Positions 18,985 to 28,649 of a stretch of DNA of 64,000 bases are shown in pieces. Origin of the DNA: Ruminococcus sp. (lineage in GTDB: Bacteria > Bacillota > Clostridia > Lachnospirales > Lachnospiraceae); the NCBI GenBank assembly GCA_023663085.1, contig JAMPIB010000001.1, positions 32,046 through 96,045 of the forward strand. The letters are read 5' to 3'. A program made the translations under genes and the position numbers. Below the pieces are notes generated by a model. That model ran no database searches, was not told the origin of the DNA, and saw only the letters and a list, made by a program, of their open reading frames with translations. Each line of letters starts with the position of its first letter. Position 1 is the first letter of the stretch.

Positions 18985-20238
18985 TTAAAAATAATCCGAA
19001 AAATACGGTTTCTCCACCGGAATCAGCCGCTCCAGCCAGGTCAGCATATAATACTCTGTCTGTATCTTTTCATGCTCGTAAAGATAGGTGGGTCTTTTAT
19101 ATCCCATGAGCATCGTAGTCAAAGTGTTGACCGATAGTTCCACGACATTAATGGACTGGTTATTTTCCACCCGTTCGCAGATCGTTTTGCCATCGTGCCA
19201 GGAGACCATATAATCCCCTTCGTTCCAGGGCGCCATCCGGTCGTGGACGAGGAAATGGAGTTTGAAGTCTTCGGGCTGTACCTGATAAGGGTATTCAGAA
19301 AGAAATTCTTTCACGTCGATGACACGCGCCATGATATACGGAGAAATCGTTTCCGTAATTTCGCTGTCGTCAAACAGATAGGCCATCGGTTCGCCGGAAT
19401 AGTTATCGCCCTGTACCTGTGTGATCATGGAAAAATGCGCGCTGATATAATTCCAGAGTCCGTGATTGGCCTCGATATTTAAGTAGACCATTTCCTTGAT
19501 ATGAAAAATCTCATTGGCAATATAATAGACGACATAACCGAGCGGTTTATGTTCTTTGCTGTAATAAACGGCGGCAATGATATCGTCGTTATCCCAGCGC
19601 CAGTATTCTTCCCAGGAAAGAGCGTCACGGATCAGCGCGCCGTGGCGTTGCAGCGCAAAATAGGAATGTACATTATGATAGTCTTCGGAATCGAGAGAGA
19701 CTCTTTCCACCATGCCCTCTACGGGAATTGCTTTAGGGAGCTGTGTGTCCTTGACGATAAAGGTCAGTTTATCCGAGACGATTTCCCAGCCCATTTTCCG
19801 GTAAAAAGGAATGGAGTAGGGATACAGGAAAGAAAGCAGCATACCCTGCTGGTGGATATAATCCAGCGCATGTTTCATCAGAGAATGGATAAGTCCCCTG
19901 CCGGTATATTCCGGATAAGTGGCCACGCCGGTAATGCCGCCCATGTCCATAATGGTATCGTGGATATTGACTTTCATGGAATAGACAACGATCATGGAGG
20001 CCAGTTTCTCCTGATAAAACCAGCCGAGCACATAGGCTTCTTCCAGAATCGGTCTCTTGGCATATTTGATTTCATCTAACTGCCAGCCGGTCTGGAACAG
20101 GTCGTAGGATGTGACCTGAAAAGCATATTGCAGCAAAGCGTTAAACTGCTCCAAGTCTCCTTTATCCAGTTCCCGCATTTTAAAATTTTCATTTACTTCC
20201 AAATAAATAGGTTCCTGTACGTCATCCATAAGAGTCAC
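18985..20238 (-). CDS. GNAT-family N-acetyltransferase with a C-terminal SCP2-like domain (Eis-like)
   Basis: It is about 410 aa with an N-terminal GNAT fold, a second GNAT-like region and a C-terminal sterol-carrier-like domain, which is typical Eis architecture. The start is ambiguous between the GTG at 20238, the ATG at 20229 and the ATG at 20178. Confidence 0.65.
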   Translation of the reverse strand: MTLMDDVQEPIYLEVNENFKMRELDKGDLEQFNALLQYAFQVTSYDLFQTGWQLDEIKYAKRPILEEAYVLGWFYQEKLASMIVVYSMKVNIHDTIMDMGGITGVATYPEYTGRGLIHSLMKHALDYIHQQGMLLSFLYPYSIPFYRKMGWEIVSDKLTFIVKDTQLPKAIPVEGMVERVSLDSEDYHNVHSYFALQRHGALIRDALSWEEYWRWDNDDIIAAVYYSKEHKPLGYVVYYIANEIFHIKEMVYLNIEANHGLWNYISAHFSMITQVQGDNYSGEPMAYLFDDSEITETISPYIMARVIDVKEFLSEYPYQVQPEDFKLHFLVHDRMAPWNEGDYMVSWHDGKTICERVENNQSINVVELSVNTLTTMLMGYKRPTYLYEHEKIQTEYYMLTWLERLIPVEKPYFSDYF

Positions 20239-20249
20239 CTGTTCCCGGT

Positions 20250-21134
20250 TTAATCGAAGTATTCAGCGTATTTTCCCATATCTGCGTCAAAAAAGCAGAA
20301 GCCGATGATGCCGCGTCCGGTATGCGCACCGATCGCACAGCCGACGGTGGCAATCAGAACCGATTTTGGATGAAAATTTTCCTGGATCATAGATTCCATG
20401 AAATGCAGAGTCTCTTCATCTTCCCCGTGGCAGATGGCAATGGTCTGTTCATCCAGATGATATCCGTTTTCTCTGGCATAATCAATTAGTGCTTTTAAAG
20501 ATTTTTTACGGCCGCGGACTGTCTTGATAACGGACAGCGCGCCGTTTTCATCTACGACTAAAACAGGTTTCATATCCAGCGTTTCGGCCAGTGTGCCTTT
20601 AAATTTAGTGAGCCGCCCGCCCTTGATTAAATACGCAAGTGTCTGTACGGTGAAAACATGTTTAATATGAGAGATGAAATAATCCGCAGCTTCTATGATC
20701 TCCTCTTTAGAAGCGCCTTTTTCCAACATTGTGACCAGTTTGGAAACGACCAGACCAAAGCCGATTGACGCGCACTTAGAGTCGATGATAGTCAGGTCAA
20801 AATCCGGATAATCTTCCAGTACGTTGTTTTTGGCAATATTGGCGGCGTTATAAGTGCCTGCTATGCCAGTTGAAAAGCAGAGATAGATGATGGTATCCCC
20901 GGCCTTGGCATAAGGCGTAAAGGCGTCTGTGAACATGGCCGGATTGATGTGGTAGGTCTTTACATCACGTTTTATATCGTCTAGAATGTCATAAAATTCT
21001 TTTGTCTGAATGGTCTGACCGTCAAAATAGTCTACGTCGTCAATGACAACGGGTGTCGGGATGACGTGAAGGTGATGTTCTTCAATGTAGCTTTTTGGCA
21101 GGTCGCTTGCTGAATCGGTGATTATACGAAGCAT
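20250..21134 (-). CDS. DegV-family fatty-acid-binding protein
   Basis: An N-terminal ITDSASDLP motif, 294 aa and a DegV/EDD fold. Confidence 0.85.
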   Translation of the reverse strand: MLRIITDSASDLPKSYIEEHHLHVIPTPVVIDDVDYFDGQTIQTKEFYDILDDIKRDVKTYHINPAMFTDAFTPYAKAGDTIIYLCFSTGIAGTYNAANIAKNNVLEDYPDFDLTIIDSKCASIGFGLVVSKLVTMLEKGASKEEIIEAADYFISHIKHVFTVQTLAYLIKGGRLTKFKGTLAETLDMKPVLVVDENGALSVIKTVRGRKKSLKALIDYARENGYHLDEQTIAICHGEDEETLHFMESMIQENFHPKSVLIATVGCAIGAHTGRGIIGFCFFDADMGKYAEYFD

Positions 21135-21213
21135 AGTCTTGTCCTTTCCGGTATAAAGAATATACCTCTTCTATCATACTTTATGGGAAAAAACTTTGCA
21201 AGGGAAAATCATC

Positions 21214-21243
21214 TTGACAACCGCTTTTTATTGATACTATAAT
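21214..21243 (+). promoter_or_regulatory. Sigma-A promoter upstream of the ileS leader
   Basis: TTGACA (21214-21219), an 18-nt spacer and TATAAT (21238-21243). Confidence 0.5.
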
Positions 21244-21289
21244 AGGCTAAGTAAAAAAAGACAATAAATAGATACATTGATAAATAAGT

Positions 21290-21552
21290 CAAGACGTTGA
21301 AGAAGCCAGTAGCTGGTCTTTCAAAATCACAGCGAGCCGGGGAGGGTGCAAGCCCGGTATGAGTAAAAGATCAGGGAAAATCCCTTCCGAGTCTCGGACT
21401 GAACATTCTTTAGAATCAGTAGGATCCGACGGTGTTTCCGCCGTTACCGGAAACCGCATGAATGACGCAGCAGGCGCATCGTGCGTGTAACAGGTGGTAA
21501 ACGAGCGCATAAGACCTCGTCCTTTTACAGGATGGGGTTTTTATTTTTTCTA
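21290..21552 (+). ncRNA. T-box riboswitch leader (Ile-specific) preceding ileS
   Basis: The roughly 300-nt structured leader contains the T-box-like sequence AACAGGTGGTAAACGAGCG (21489-21507). A terminator hairpin follows (cctcgtcc / ggatgggg, 21515-21537, then a U-run). A candidate AUC(A) specifier lies at about 21337-21344. ileS is classically T-box controlled in Firmicutes. Confidence 0.55.
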
Positions 21553-21593
21553 GAAGACAACAGCACATTGCAAAAAAAGAACGGAGGAGTGTT

Positions 21594-24500
21594 ATGTATC
21601 AGAAAGTAGATGCCAGTTTAAATTTTGTGGACAGAGAAAAAGAAGTCTGCCAGTTCTGGAAGGAGCATGATATTTTTAAAAAGAGCATGGATTCCCGAAA
21701 AGAAGGAGAGACTTATACATTTTATGATGGCCCGCCGACGGCCAACGGTAAGCCGCATATCGGGCATGTATTGACGCGTGTTATCAAGGATATGATTCCA
21801 AGGTACCGCACGATGAAAGGCTATATGGTGCCGCGTAAAGCGGGTTGGGATACCCACGGGCTGCCGGTGGAACTGGAAGTGGAGAAACTGCTTGGCTTAG
21901 ATGGCAAGGAGCAGATCGAAGAATACGGTCTTGACCCTTTTATCAGCAAATGTAAAGAGTCTGTCTGGAAATATAAGGGCATGTGGGAAGATTTCTCGAA
22001 TACGGTAGGATTCTGGGCGGATATGGACGATCCGTATGTCACCTATCATGACGACTTTATCGAATCCGAATGGTGGGCGCTCAAACAGATCTGGGATAAG
22101 GGTCTGTTATATAAAGGGTTTAAAATCGTGCCTTATTGTCCGCGCTGCGGAACGCCGCTTTCTTCCCATGAAGTGGCGCAGGGGTATAAGGCGGTCAAAG
22201 AACGTTCCGCGGTCGTGCGTTTTAAGGTAAAAGACGAGGACGCCTATTTTCTGGCCTGGACGACGACGCCCTGGACGCTGCCTTCTAACGTGGCGCTCTG
22301 CGTCAACCCGCAGGAGACTTATGTCAAGGTAAAAGCGGCGGACGGCTATGTTTATTATATGGCCGAGGCGCTTTTAGACAATGTGCTGGGCAGGCTGGCC
22401 GAAGAAGGGAAAGCGGCCTATGAAGTACTGGAGACTTATGTGGGAACGGATCTGGAATACAAAGAGTATGAACCGTTATTTGCCTGCGCCGGGGAATCGG
22501 CGGCGAAACAGCATAAGAAAGCGCATTTCGTGACCTGTGATACTTACGTTACCATGACCGACGGTACAGGTATCGTTCATATCGCTCCGGCTTTCGGTGA
22601 AGATGACGCGCAGGTCGGACGCAAATATGACCTTCCTTTCGTACAGTTTGTAAACGGCAAGGGCGAGATGACCGAAGAGACGGCTTATGCGGGCCTGTTT
22701 GTAAAAAAAGCCGACCCGGAAATATTAAAAGACTTAGATAAAGAAGGAAAATTATTCGACGCGCCTAAATTCGAGCATGATTATCCGTTCTGCTGGCGAT
22801 GCGATACGCCGCTTATCTACTATGCACGCGAATCGTGGTTTATCAAGATGACGGCGGTCAGAGACGATCTGGTGCGCAATAATAAAACGGTCAACTGGAT
22901 ACCGGAATCCATCGGCGAGGGGCGTTTCGGCAACTGGCTGGAAAATATACAGGACTGGGGCATCTCCCGTAACCGTTACTGGGGGACGCCGCTGAATGTA
23001 TGGGAGTGCGAAGGCTGCGGCCATATGGAATCTATTGGTTCCCGCGAGGAACTGGAAAAGAGGAGCGGCAATCCTGACGCGAAAACAGTAGAGCTGCACA
23101 GACCTTATATTGACGAGATCACCATGACCTGTCCGGACTGCGGCCAGAAGATGAAGCGTGTGCCGGAAGTGATAGACTGCTGGTTTGATTCCGGCGCGAT
23201 GCCTTTTGCACAGCATCATTATCCGTTTGAAAATAAGGACTTATTCGAGCAGCAGTTCCCGGCGCAGTTTATCTCCGAGGCGGTAGACCAGACGCGAGGG
23301 TGGTTTTATTCGTTAATGGCGGAATCCACGCTGTTATTTAATAAAGCGCCTTTTGAAAATGTTATTGTACTCGGACATGTGCAGGATGAAAACGGTCAGA
23401 AGATGTCTAAATCCAAGGGAAACGCGGTCGATCCGTTTGAGGCGTTGGAGACTTACGGGGCGGACGCTATCCGCTGGTATTTCTATATCAATTCCGCGCC
23501 GTGGCTGCCCAACAGATTCCATGGCAAGGCGGTACAGGAAGGGCAGCGTAAATTCTTAGGAACACTGTGGAATACTTATGCGTTCTTCGTGCTCTATGCG
23601 AATATTGATGATTTTGACGCCACGAAATACACACTGGATTATGATAAACTTCCGGTCATGGATAAATGGCTGTTATCGAAACTGAATACGGCCATCAAAG
23701 AAGTGGATACGAACCTGAATGATTATAAGATACCGGAGGCGGCGCGCGTACTTGATAATTTTGTCGATGAGATGAGCAACTGGTATGTCAGAAGAAGCCG
23801 TGAGCGTTTCTGGGCAAAGGGCATGGAGCAGGATAAGATCAACGCCTATATGACGCTGTATGCTGCGCTGGTCACGATCTGTAAGTGCGCGGCGCCGATG
23901 GTTCCTTTTATGACGGAAGAGATTTATTTGAATCTGGTAAAAAGTATCGACAAAGAAGCGCCGGAGAGCATTCATTTATGCGATTTCCCGGTGGCGGATG
24001 AAAAGATGATAGACGAGAAGCTGGAAGAAGACATGGAAGAGGTATTGAAAATCGTCGTTATGGGCCGTGCGGCGCGTAATGCGGCGAATATCAAGAACCG
24101 TCAGCCAATCGGCGCTATGTTCGTCAAAGCGGAGAATACGCTTGGTGAGTTTTATCAGGAGATCATCAAAGACGAACTGAATGTGAAAAAGATTACTTTC
24201 ACGGATGACGTCAGAGAATTTACAAGTTACAGCTTCAAACCGCAGCTGCGGACGGTCGGCCCCAAATACGGCAAACAGCTGGGCGGTATCCAGAAAGCGC
24301 TCGCCGGTGTGGATGGCAATCAGGCCATGGAGGAACTGAACGCGGCCGGCGCGTTAAAATTTGATATCGATGGTACGCAGGTCGTTCTGGAAAAAGATGA
24401 TCTGTTGATCGAGATGGCCCAGAAGGAAGGTTATGTCTCCGAGGCCGATAATGTCATGACCGTAGTGCTCGATACGAATCTGTCCGACGAACTGATCGAG

Positions 24501-24752
24501 GAAGGCTTTGTCTACGAGGTCATCAGCAAGATTCAGACAATGCGTAAGGATGCCGGTTTTGAGGTCATGGACCACATCAGGGTGGCCATCTGTGAGAACG
24601 AGAAAATCGCCGCCATCGTGCATAAGAATGAGGCCATGATCGCCGGGAAAGTACTGGCCGAAAGCATCGTGGAAGCACAGTCTCTGACAGTTTCCAAAGA
24701 ATGGAACGTCAACGGGGAGAAAGTTGTCATCGGCATAGAAAGACTGCCATAG
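21594..24752 (+). CDS. ileS: Isoleucine--tRNA ligase (long type-2 form)
   Basis: The HIGH motif (PTANGKPHIGHVLTR), KMSKS, the CP1 editing domain and a C-terminal extension; 1052 aa. Confidence 0.95.
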   Translation: MYQKVDASLNFVDREKEVCQFWKEHDIFKKSMDSRKEGETYTFYDGPPTANGKPHIGHVLTRVIKDMIPRYRTMKGYMVPRKAGWDTHGLPVELEVEKLLGLDGKEQIEEYGLDPFISKCKESVWKYKGMWEDFSNTVGFWADMDDPYVTYHDDFIESEWWALKQIWDKGLLYKGFKIVPYCPRCGTPLSSHEVAQGYKAVKERSAVVRFKVKDEDAYFLAWTTTPWTLPSNVALCVNPQETYVKVKAADGYVYYMAEALLDNVLGRLAEEGKAAYEVLETYVGTDLEYKEYEPLFACAGESAAKQHKKAHFVTCDTYVTMTDGTGIVHIAPAFGEDDAQVGRKYDLPFVQFVNGKGEMTEETAYAGLFVKKADPEILKDLDKEGKLFDAPKFEHDYPFCWRCDTPLIYYARESWFIKMTAVRDDLVRNNKTVNWIPESIGEGRFGNWLENIQDWGISRNRYWGTPLNVWECEGCGHMESIGSREELEKRSGNPDAKTVELHRPYIDEITMTCPDCGQKMKRVPEVIDCWFDSGAMPFAQHHYPFENKDLFEQQFPAQFISEAVDQTRGWFYSLMAESTLLFNKAPFENVIVLGHVQDENGQKMSKSKGNAVDPFEALETYGADAIRWYFYINSAPWLPNRFHGKAVQEGQRKFLGTLWNTYAFFVLYANIDDFDATKYTLDYDKLPVMDKWLLSKLNTAIKEVDTNLNDYKIPEAARVLDNFVDEMSNWYVRRSRERFWAKGMEQDKINAYMTLYAALVTICKCAAPMVPFMTEEIYLNLVKSIDKEAPESIHLCDFPVADEKMIDEKLEEDMEEVLKIVVMGRAARNAANIKNRQPIGAMFVKAENTLGEFYQEIIKDELNVKKITFTDDVREFTSYSFKPQLRTVGPKYGKQLGGIQKALAGVDGNQAMEELNAAGALKFDIDGTQVVLEKDDLLIEMAQKEGYVSEADNVMTVVLDTNLSDELIEEGFVYEVISKIQTMRKDAGFEVMDHIRVAICENEKIAAIVHKNEAMIAGKVLAESIVEAQSLTVSKEWNVNGEKVVIGIERLP

Positions 24753-24922
24753 AGAAATTGATATAAAGGGAATGCCATAGAGAAACTGCCATAAGGAAAC
24801 TGGAATAAAGGAAGTGTAATTTATAGATATTGAGGGTAGTCAAAAAAGAAAATACAAGATATAATAGTATAGGATTCAGACAGACTTTGTATAGAGCAAA
24901 GGGGAAACAAGGAGGTAAGTAA

Positions 24923-27400
24923 ATGCAAAAGAAAACGGCACAATTTGATACGGAATTGTTTAAACGGAGCGTACTTTATAATGTAAAGACGCTTTACCGG
25001 AAGACGCTGGAGGAGGCGAGTGACCAGCAGATCTTTCAGGCAGTATCCTATGCAATAAAAGATGCCATTGTCGATCAGTGGATGACATCACAGAAAGAAT
25101 ATGACAAACAGGACCCCAAGATGGTATATTATCTTTCCATGGAGTTCTTAATGGGTCGTGCGCTCGGCAATAACCTCATCAACTTACAGGCGTATGATGT
25201 CTTCAAAAAGGCGCTTCAGGAGTTGGGCATTGATCTGAACATAGTGGAAGATCAGGAGCCTGATCCCGCTTTGGGAAACGGTGGTCTGGGAAGACTGGCT
25301 GCCTGTTTTCTGGACTCTCTGGCAACGCTCGGATATGCGGCGTATGGCTGCGGTATCCGCTATCGTTACGGTATGTTCAAACAGGAGATCAGAGACGGTT
25401 ATCAGGTAGAAGTGCCCGATAACTGGTTACAGGATGGCAATCCGTTTGAACTGCGCAGACCAGAATATGCCAAGGAAGTCAAATTCGGCGGTTATGTGAA
25501 TGTCTATGTTGACGAGAACGGCAGAAACAACTTCAAACAGGAAGGTTATCAGTCGGTACGGGCCGTGCCGTATGATATCCCGATAGTCGGCTATGGCAAC
25601 GGCATTGTCAATACGCTGCGTATCTGGGATGCGGAACCGGTAGAGTGTTTCCATCTGGATTCTTTTGATAAGGGCGATTACCAGAAGGCTGTCGAGCAGG
25701 AGAATCTGGCCAGAAATATCGTAGAAGTATTGTATCCGAACGATAACCATTATGCCGGTAAGGAATTGCGTTTAAAACAGCAGTATTTCTTCATCTCCGC
25801 CTCCGTACAGGAAGCTGTGGCGAAATATATGCGTAAACATGACGATATCCGGAAATTCCATGAGAAAGTTACCTTCCAGCTCAACGATACCCATCCGACA
25901 GTAGCTGTCGCGGAACTGATGCGTATCTTAATGGATGATTATTATCTGACATGGGATGAGGCGTGGGAAGTCACCACTAAGACCTGCGCGTATACAAATC
26001 ATACCATTATGGCAGAAGCTTTGGAGAAATGGCCGATAGAACTGTTTTCAAGACTGTTGCCGCGTGTTTATCAGATCGTGGAAGAAATCAACCGTAGATT
26101 CGTAGCGCGGATCGAGCAGTTGTATCCGGGCAATCAGGAAAAAATTAAAAAGATGGCCATCGTCTATGACGGACAGGTAAAAATGGCGCATCTGGCCATT
26201 GCGGCAGGTTATTCCGTAAACGGTGTAGCAAGACTGCATACGGAAATCCTGAAAAATCAGGAACTCAAAGATTTCTATGAAATGATGCCTGAGAAATTCA
26301 ATAATAAGACCAACGGTATCACACAGAGACGTTTCCTTCTGCACGGCAATCCGTTGCTCGCAGACTGGGTAACGGCACATGTCGGCAGCGACTGGATCAC
26401 CGATCTGCCGAAGATCAGCAAGCTGAAAGTCTATGCGGATGACGAAAAGGCACAGCAGGAGTTTATGAACATCAAGTATCAGAATAAAGTACGTCTCGCC
26501 AAGTACATTAAGGAACATAACGGAATCGACGTAGACCCGCGCTCCATCTTTGATGTACAGGTTAAGAGATTACATGAATATAAACGTCAGTTGATGAATA
26601 TCTTACATGTTATGTATCTGTATAACGAGTTAAAAGAGCATCCGGATATGGATTTCTATCCGAGAACCTTCATCTTCGGCGCCAAGGCGGCTGCAGGCTA
26701 TCGGAACGCCAAGCTGACGATCAAGCTGATCAATGCGGTAGCTGATGTGGTAAATAATGATGCGGCTATCAACGGCAAGATCAAGGTGGTATTTATTGAG
26801 AACTATCGTGTATCCAACGCCGAGATGATCTTTGCGGCAGCCGACGTATCGGAGCAGATCTCGACGGCAAGTAAAGAGGCGTCCGGTACGGGTAACATGA
26901 AGTTCATGTTAAACGGCGCGTTGACCATCGGTACAATGGATGGCGCGAACGTGGAAATCGTGGAAGAGGTTGGAGAGGAGAATGCTTTCATCTTCGGTTT
27001 AAGTTCAGATGAAGTCATTAAGTATGAGAATTACGGCGGATACTCTCCGATGGATATTTTTAACAACGATCCTGATATCAGAAAAGTTCTGATGCAGCTT
27101 ATTAACGGAACCTATTCACCGAACGATCCCGAACTGTTCAGAACACTGTATAACTCTTTGTTAAATACACAGAGTACGTCCAAAGCGGATACTTACTTTA
27201 TCCTCAAAGACTTCAAACCTTACGCGGAGGCGCAGAAGAAAGTGGAGGCAGCTTATAAGGATGAGAAGAACTGGGCAAGGAGCGCGATTTTAAACGTGGC
27301 ATGTTCCGGTAAGTTTACATCTGACAGGACCATTCAGGAATACGTGGATGAGATCTGGAAACTGGATAAGGTAGTGATCCCCAAGAAGGCGAATTCATAA
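24923..27400 (+). CDS. glgP: Alpha-glucan (glycogen/maltodextrin) phosphorylase
   Basis: The GT35 family signature (EFLMGRALGNNLINL), the PLP-binding Lys region and 825 aa. Confidence 0.9.
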   Translation: MQKKTAQFDTELFKRSVLYNVKTLYRKTLEEASDQQIFQAVSYAIKDAIVDQWMTSQKEYDKQDPKMVYYLSMEFLMGRALGNNLINLQAYDVFKKALQELGIDLNIVEDQEPDPALGNGGLGRLAACFLDSLATLGYAAYGCGIRYRYGMFKQEIRDGYQVEVPDNWLQDGNPFELRRPEYAKEVKFGGYVNVYVDENGRNNFKQEGYQSVRAVPYDIPIVGYGNGIVNTLRIWDAEPVECFHLDSFDKGDYQKAVEQENLARNIVEVLYPNDNHYAGKELRLKQQYFFISASVQEAVAKYMRKHDDIRKFHEKVTFQLNDTHPTVAVAELMRILMDDYYLTWDEAWEVTTKTCAYTNHTIMAEALEKWPIELFSRLLPRVYQIVEEINRRFVARIEQLYPGNQEKIKKMAIVYDGQVKMAHLAIAAGYSVNGVARLHTEILKNQELKDFYEMMPEKFNNKTNGITQRRFLLHGNPLLADWVTAHVGSDWITDLPKISKLKVYADDEKAQQEFMNIKYQNKVRLAKYIKEHNGIDVDPRSIFDVQVKRLHEYKRQLMNILHVMYLYNELKEHPDMDFYPRTFIFGAKAAAGYRNAKLTIKLINAVADVVNNDAAINGKIKVVFIENYRVSNAEMIFAAADVSEQISTASKEASGTGNMKFMLNGALTIGTMDGANVEIVEEVGEENAFIFGLSSDEVIKYENYGGYSPMDIFNNDPDIRKVLMQLINGTYSPNDPELFRTLYNSLLNTQSTSKADTYFILKDFKPYAEAQKKVEAAYKDEKNWARSAILNVACSGKFTSDRTIQEYVDEIWKLDKVVIPKKANS

Positions 27401-28561
27401 AGTGTTGGACATTTTTTGACGATATTCGCGCGGCGTCATGCCGTATTGATCCTGAAACAGTTTATAAAAATAAGTACGATTGGAAAAAGACAGCTTCGCC
27501 ATGATAGACGATACGGATTCGTTCGTCGATGAAAGGTAGTAAGCTGCTTTTTTCATGCAAAATTCCATACCGTAAGTATGCAGAGACATGCCGGTATACT
27601 TGTTTATGATACGATTCAGATAATCGCCGCTGTAATTTAATTTCTGTGACAATTCGCTCCGGGTGATGCGCCCGTCATTTTCGTCCAGCAGATGTTCCAC
27701 ACGGGAAAACAGAAGATAATCGCTGTTATTGGACAGTTCCGCACAGGTACAGTGATAACTCTTTGGATCGGTTATATATTGCAGGATGCTGCATAAAAGC
27801 CCGTTTAACATATAAGTGGAACCAAAGCGCGGAAAGAGAATGGTCGTAATAAGATCTTCCGTCAGTTTGTGAAGATAGTTTTGCGGCGCGGCATTGTGCA
27901 GGGTGGGAATAAAGTCTAAGTATGCCTTGCGGCCGGGACTGTTGATGTCGTTGGCAATAAAATCGTAAAGCAGCGTTTCCCGTATCTGATTTTCTTCCGT
28001 AAAATAGGCCAGACCGCCGATGTTGAGGAGGTTCATGATAAACTCTGCGGAGAATCCCAGAAACAATACTTTTGTCGGCTGCAAAAAAGCTTCTCTGTGG
28101 AAAAGATTACGGTTGATGCAGCAGGAGCATCCCTGCGAATACAGATATTCTTTGCCCTCGATCTGCTGGATCAAAGAGCCTTCTATCACAATGAGAAATT
28201 CATAAAAATCATGAAAATGAGGCGGCCTGTTACGGAAAAAATAATTGTGCAGCTTCATGGTCTCCTGAAAAAAAGAAGTGCCTTTTTCCGATAAAGACAG
28301 GATATTCAGGTAATCATCTTTCTCAGAGCCGCTGCAATATTCATAAGTGATCTGAAAGGGCGCATTCAGTTTATAAAAATAATTAAGATTGCTGTCTGAA
28401 TTTAAAATGTTGAAGGGCATATTCTTATCATCACTGAAGTCCGATGGTGAAGGATTGATAAATTCTTTTCTGGCCATATCCTGATCTCCTTTAAAAGATT
28501 CCCATTTTTGATACAAAATCTGTAAAACATATCTGATTAGGTCATTGTTCCCAAACAGCAT
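27395..28561 (-). CDS. AraC-family transcriptional regulator
   Basis: A C-terminal AraC helix-turn-helix (YFYKLFQDQYGMTPREYR) and an N-terminal ligand-binding domain of about 250 aa. It is divergent from the sugar ABC operon. Confidence 0.8.
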   Translation of the reverse strand: MLFGNNDLIRYVLQILYQKWESFKGDQDMARKEFINPSPSDFSDDKNMPFNILNSDSNLNYFYKLNAPFQITYEYCSGSEKDDYLNILSLSEKGTSFFQETMKLHNYFFRNRPPHFHDFYEFLIVIEGSLIQQIEGKEYLYSQGCSCCINRNLFHREAFLQPTKVLFLGFSAEFIMNLLNIGGLAYFTEENQIRETLLYDFIANDINSPGRKAYLDFIPTLHNAAPQNYLHKLTEDLITTILFPRFGSTYMLNGLLCSILQYITDPKSYHCTCAELSNNSDYLLFSRVEHLLDENDGRITRSELSQKLNYSGDYLNRIINKYTGMSLHTYGMEFCMKKAAYYLSSTNESVSSIMAKLSFSNRTYFYKLFQDQYGMTPREYRQKMSNTL

Positions 28562-28649
28562 AATTATTAAAATTTAATAAAGAGCAGGTCGTAATTTAAG
28601 ATAATTATACACATCTTAAACAAAAAAATCAAAGGAGAAGGGACAGGGA

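Noticed and set aside
18985-20238. Whether the Eis-like GNAT gene is a third component, such as a GNAT toxin, of the RelA/SpoT-domain module.
   Set aside because: A 400-aa GNAT-SCP2 protein is not of the AtaT/TacT small-toxin class, its base composition matches the core genome, and it is tightly linked (12-bp gap) to the DegV gene instead. The AT-rich insertion starts after its stop.
21289-21510. A 73-aa minus-strand ORF in the ileS upstream region.
   Set aside because: The region carries promoter, T-box and terminator features on the plus strand, so the ORF is a chance frame inside a structured leader.
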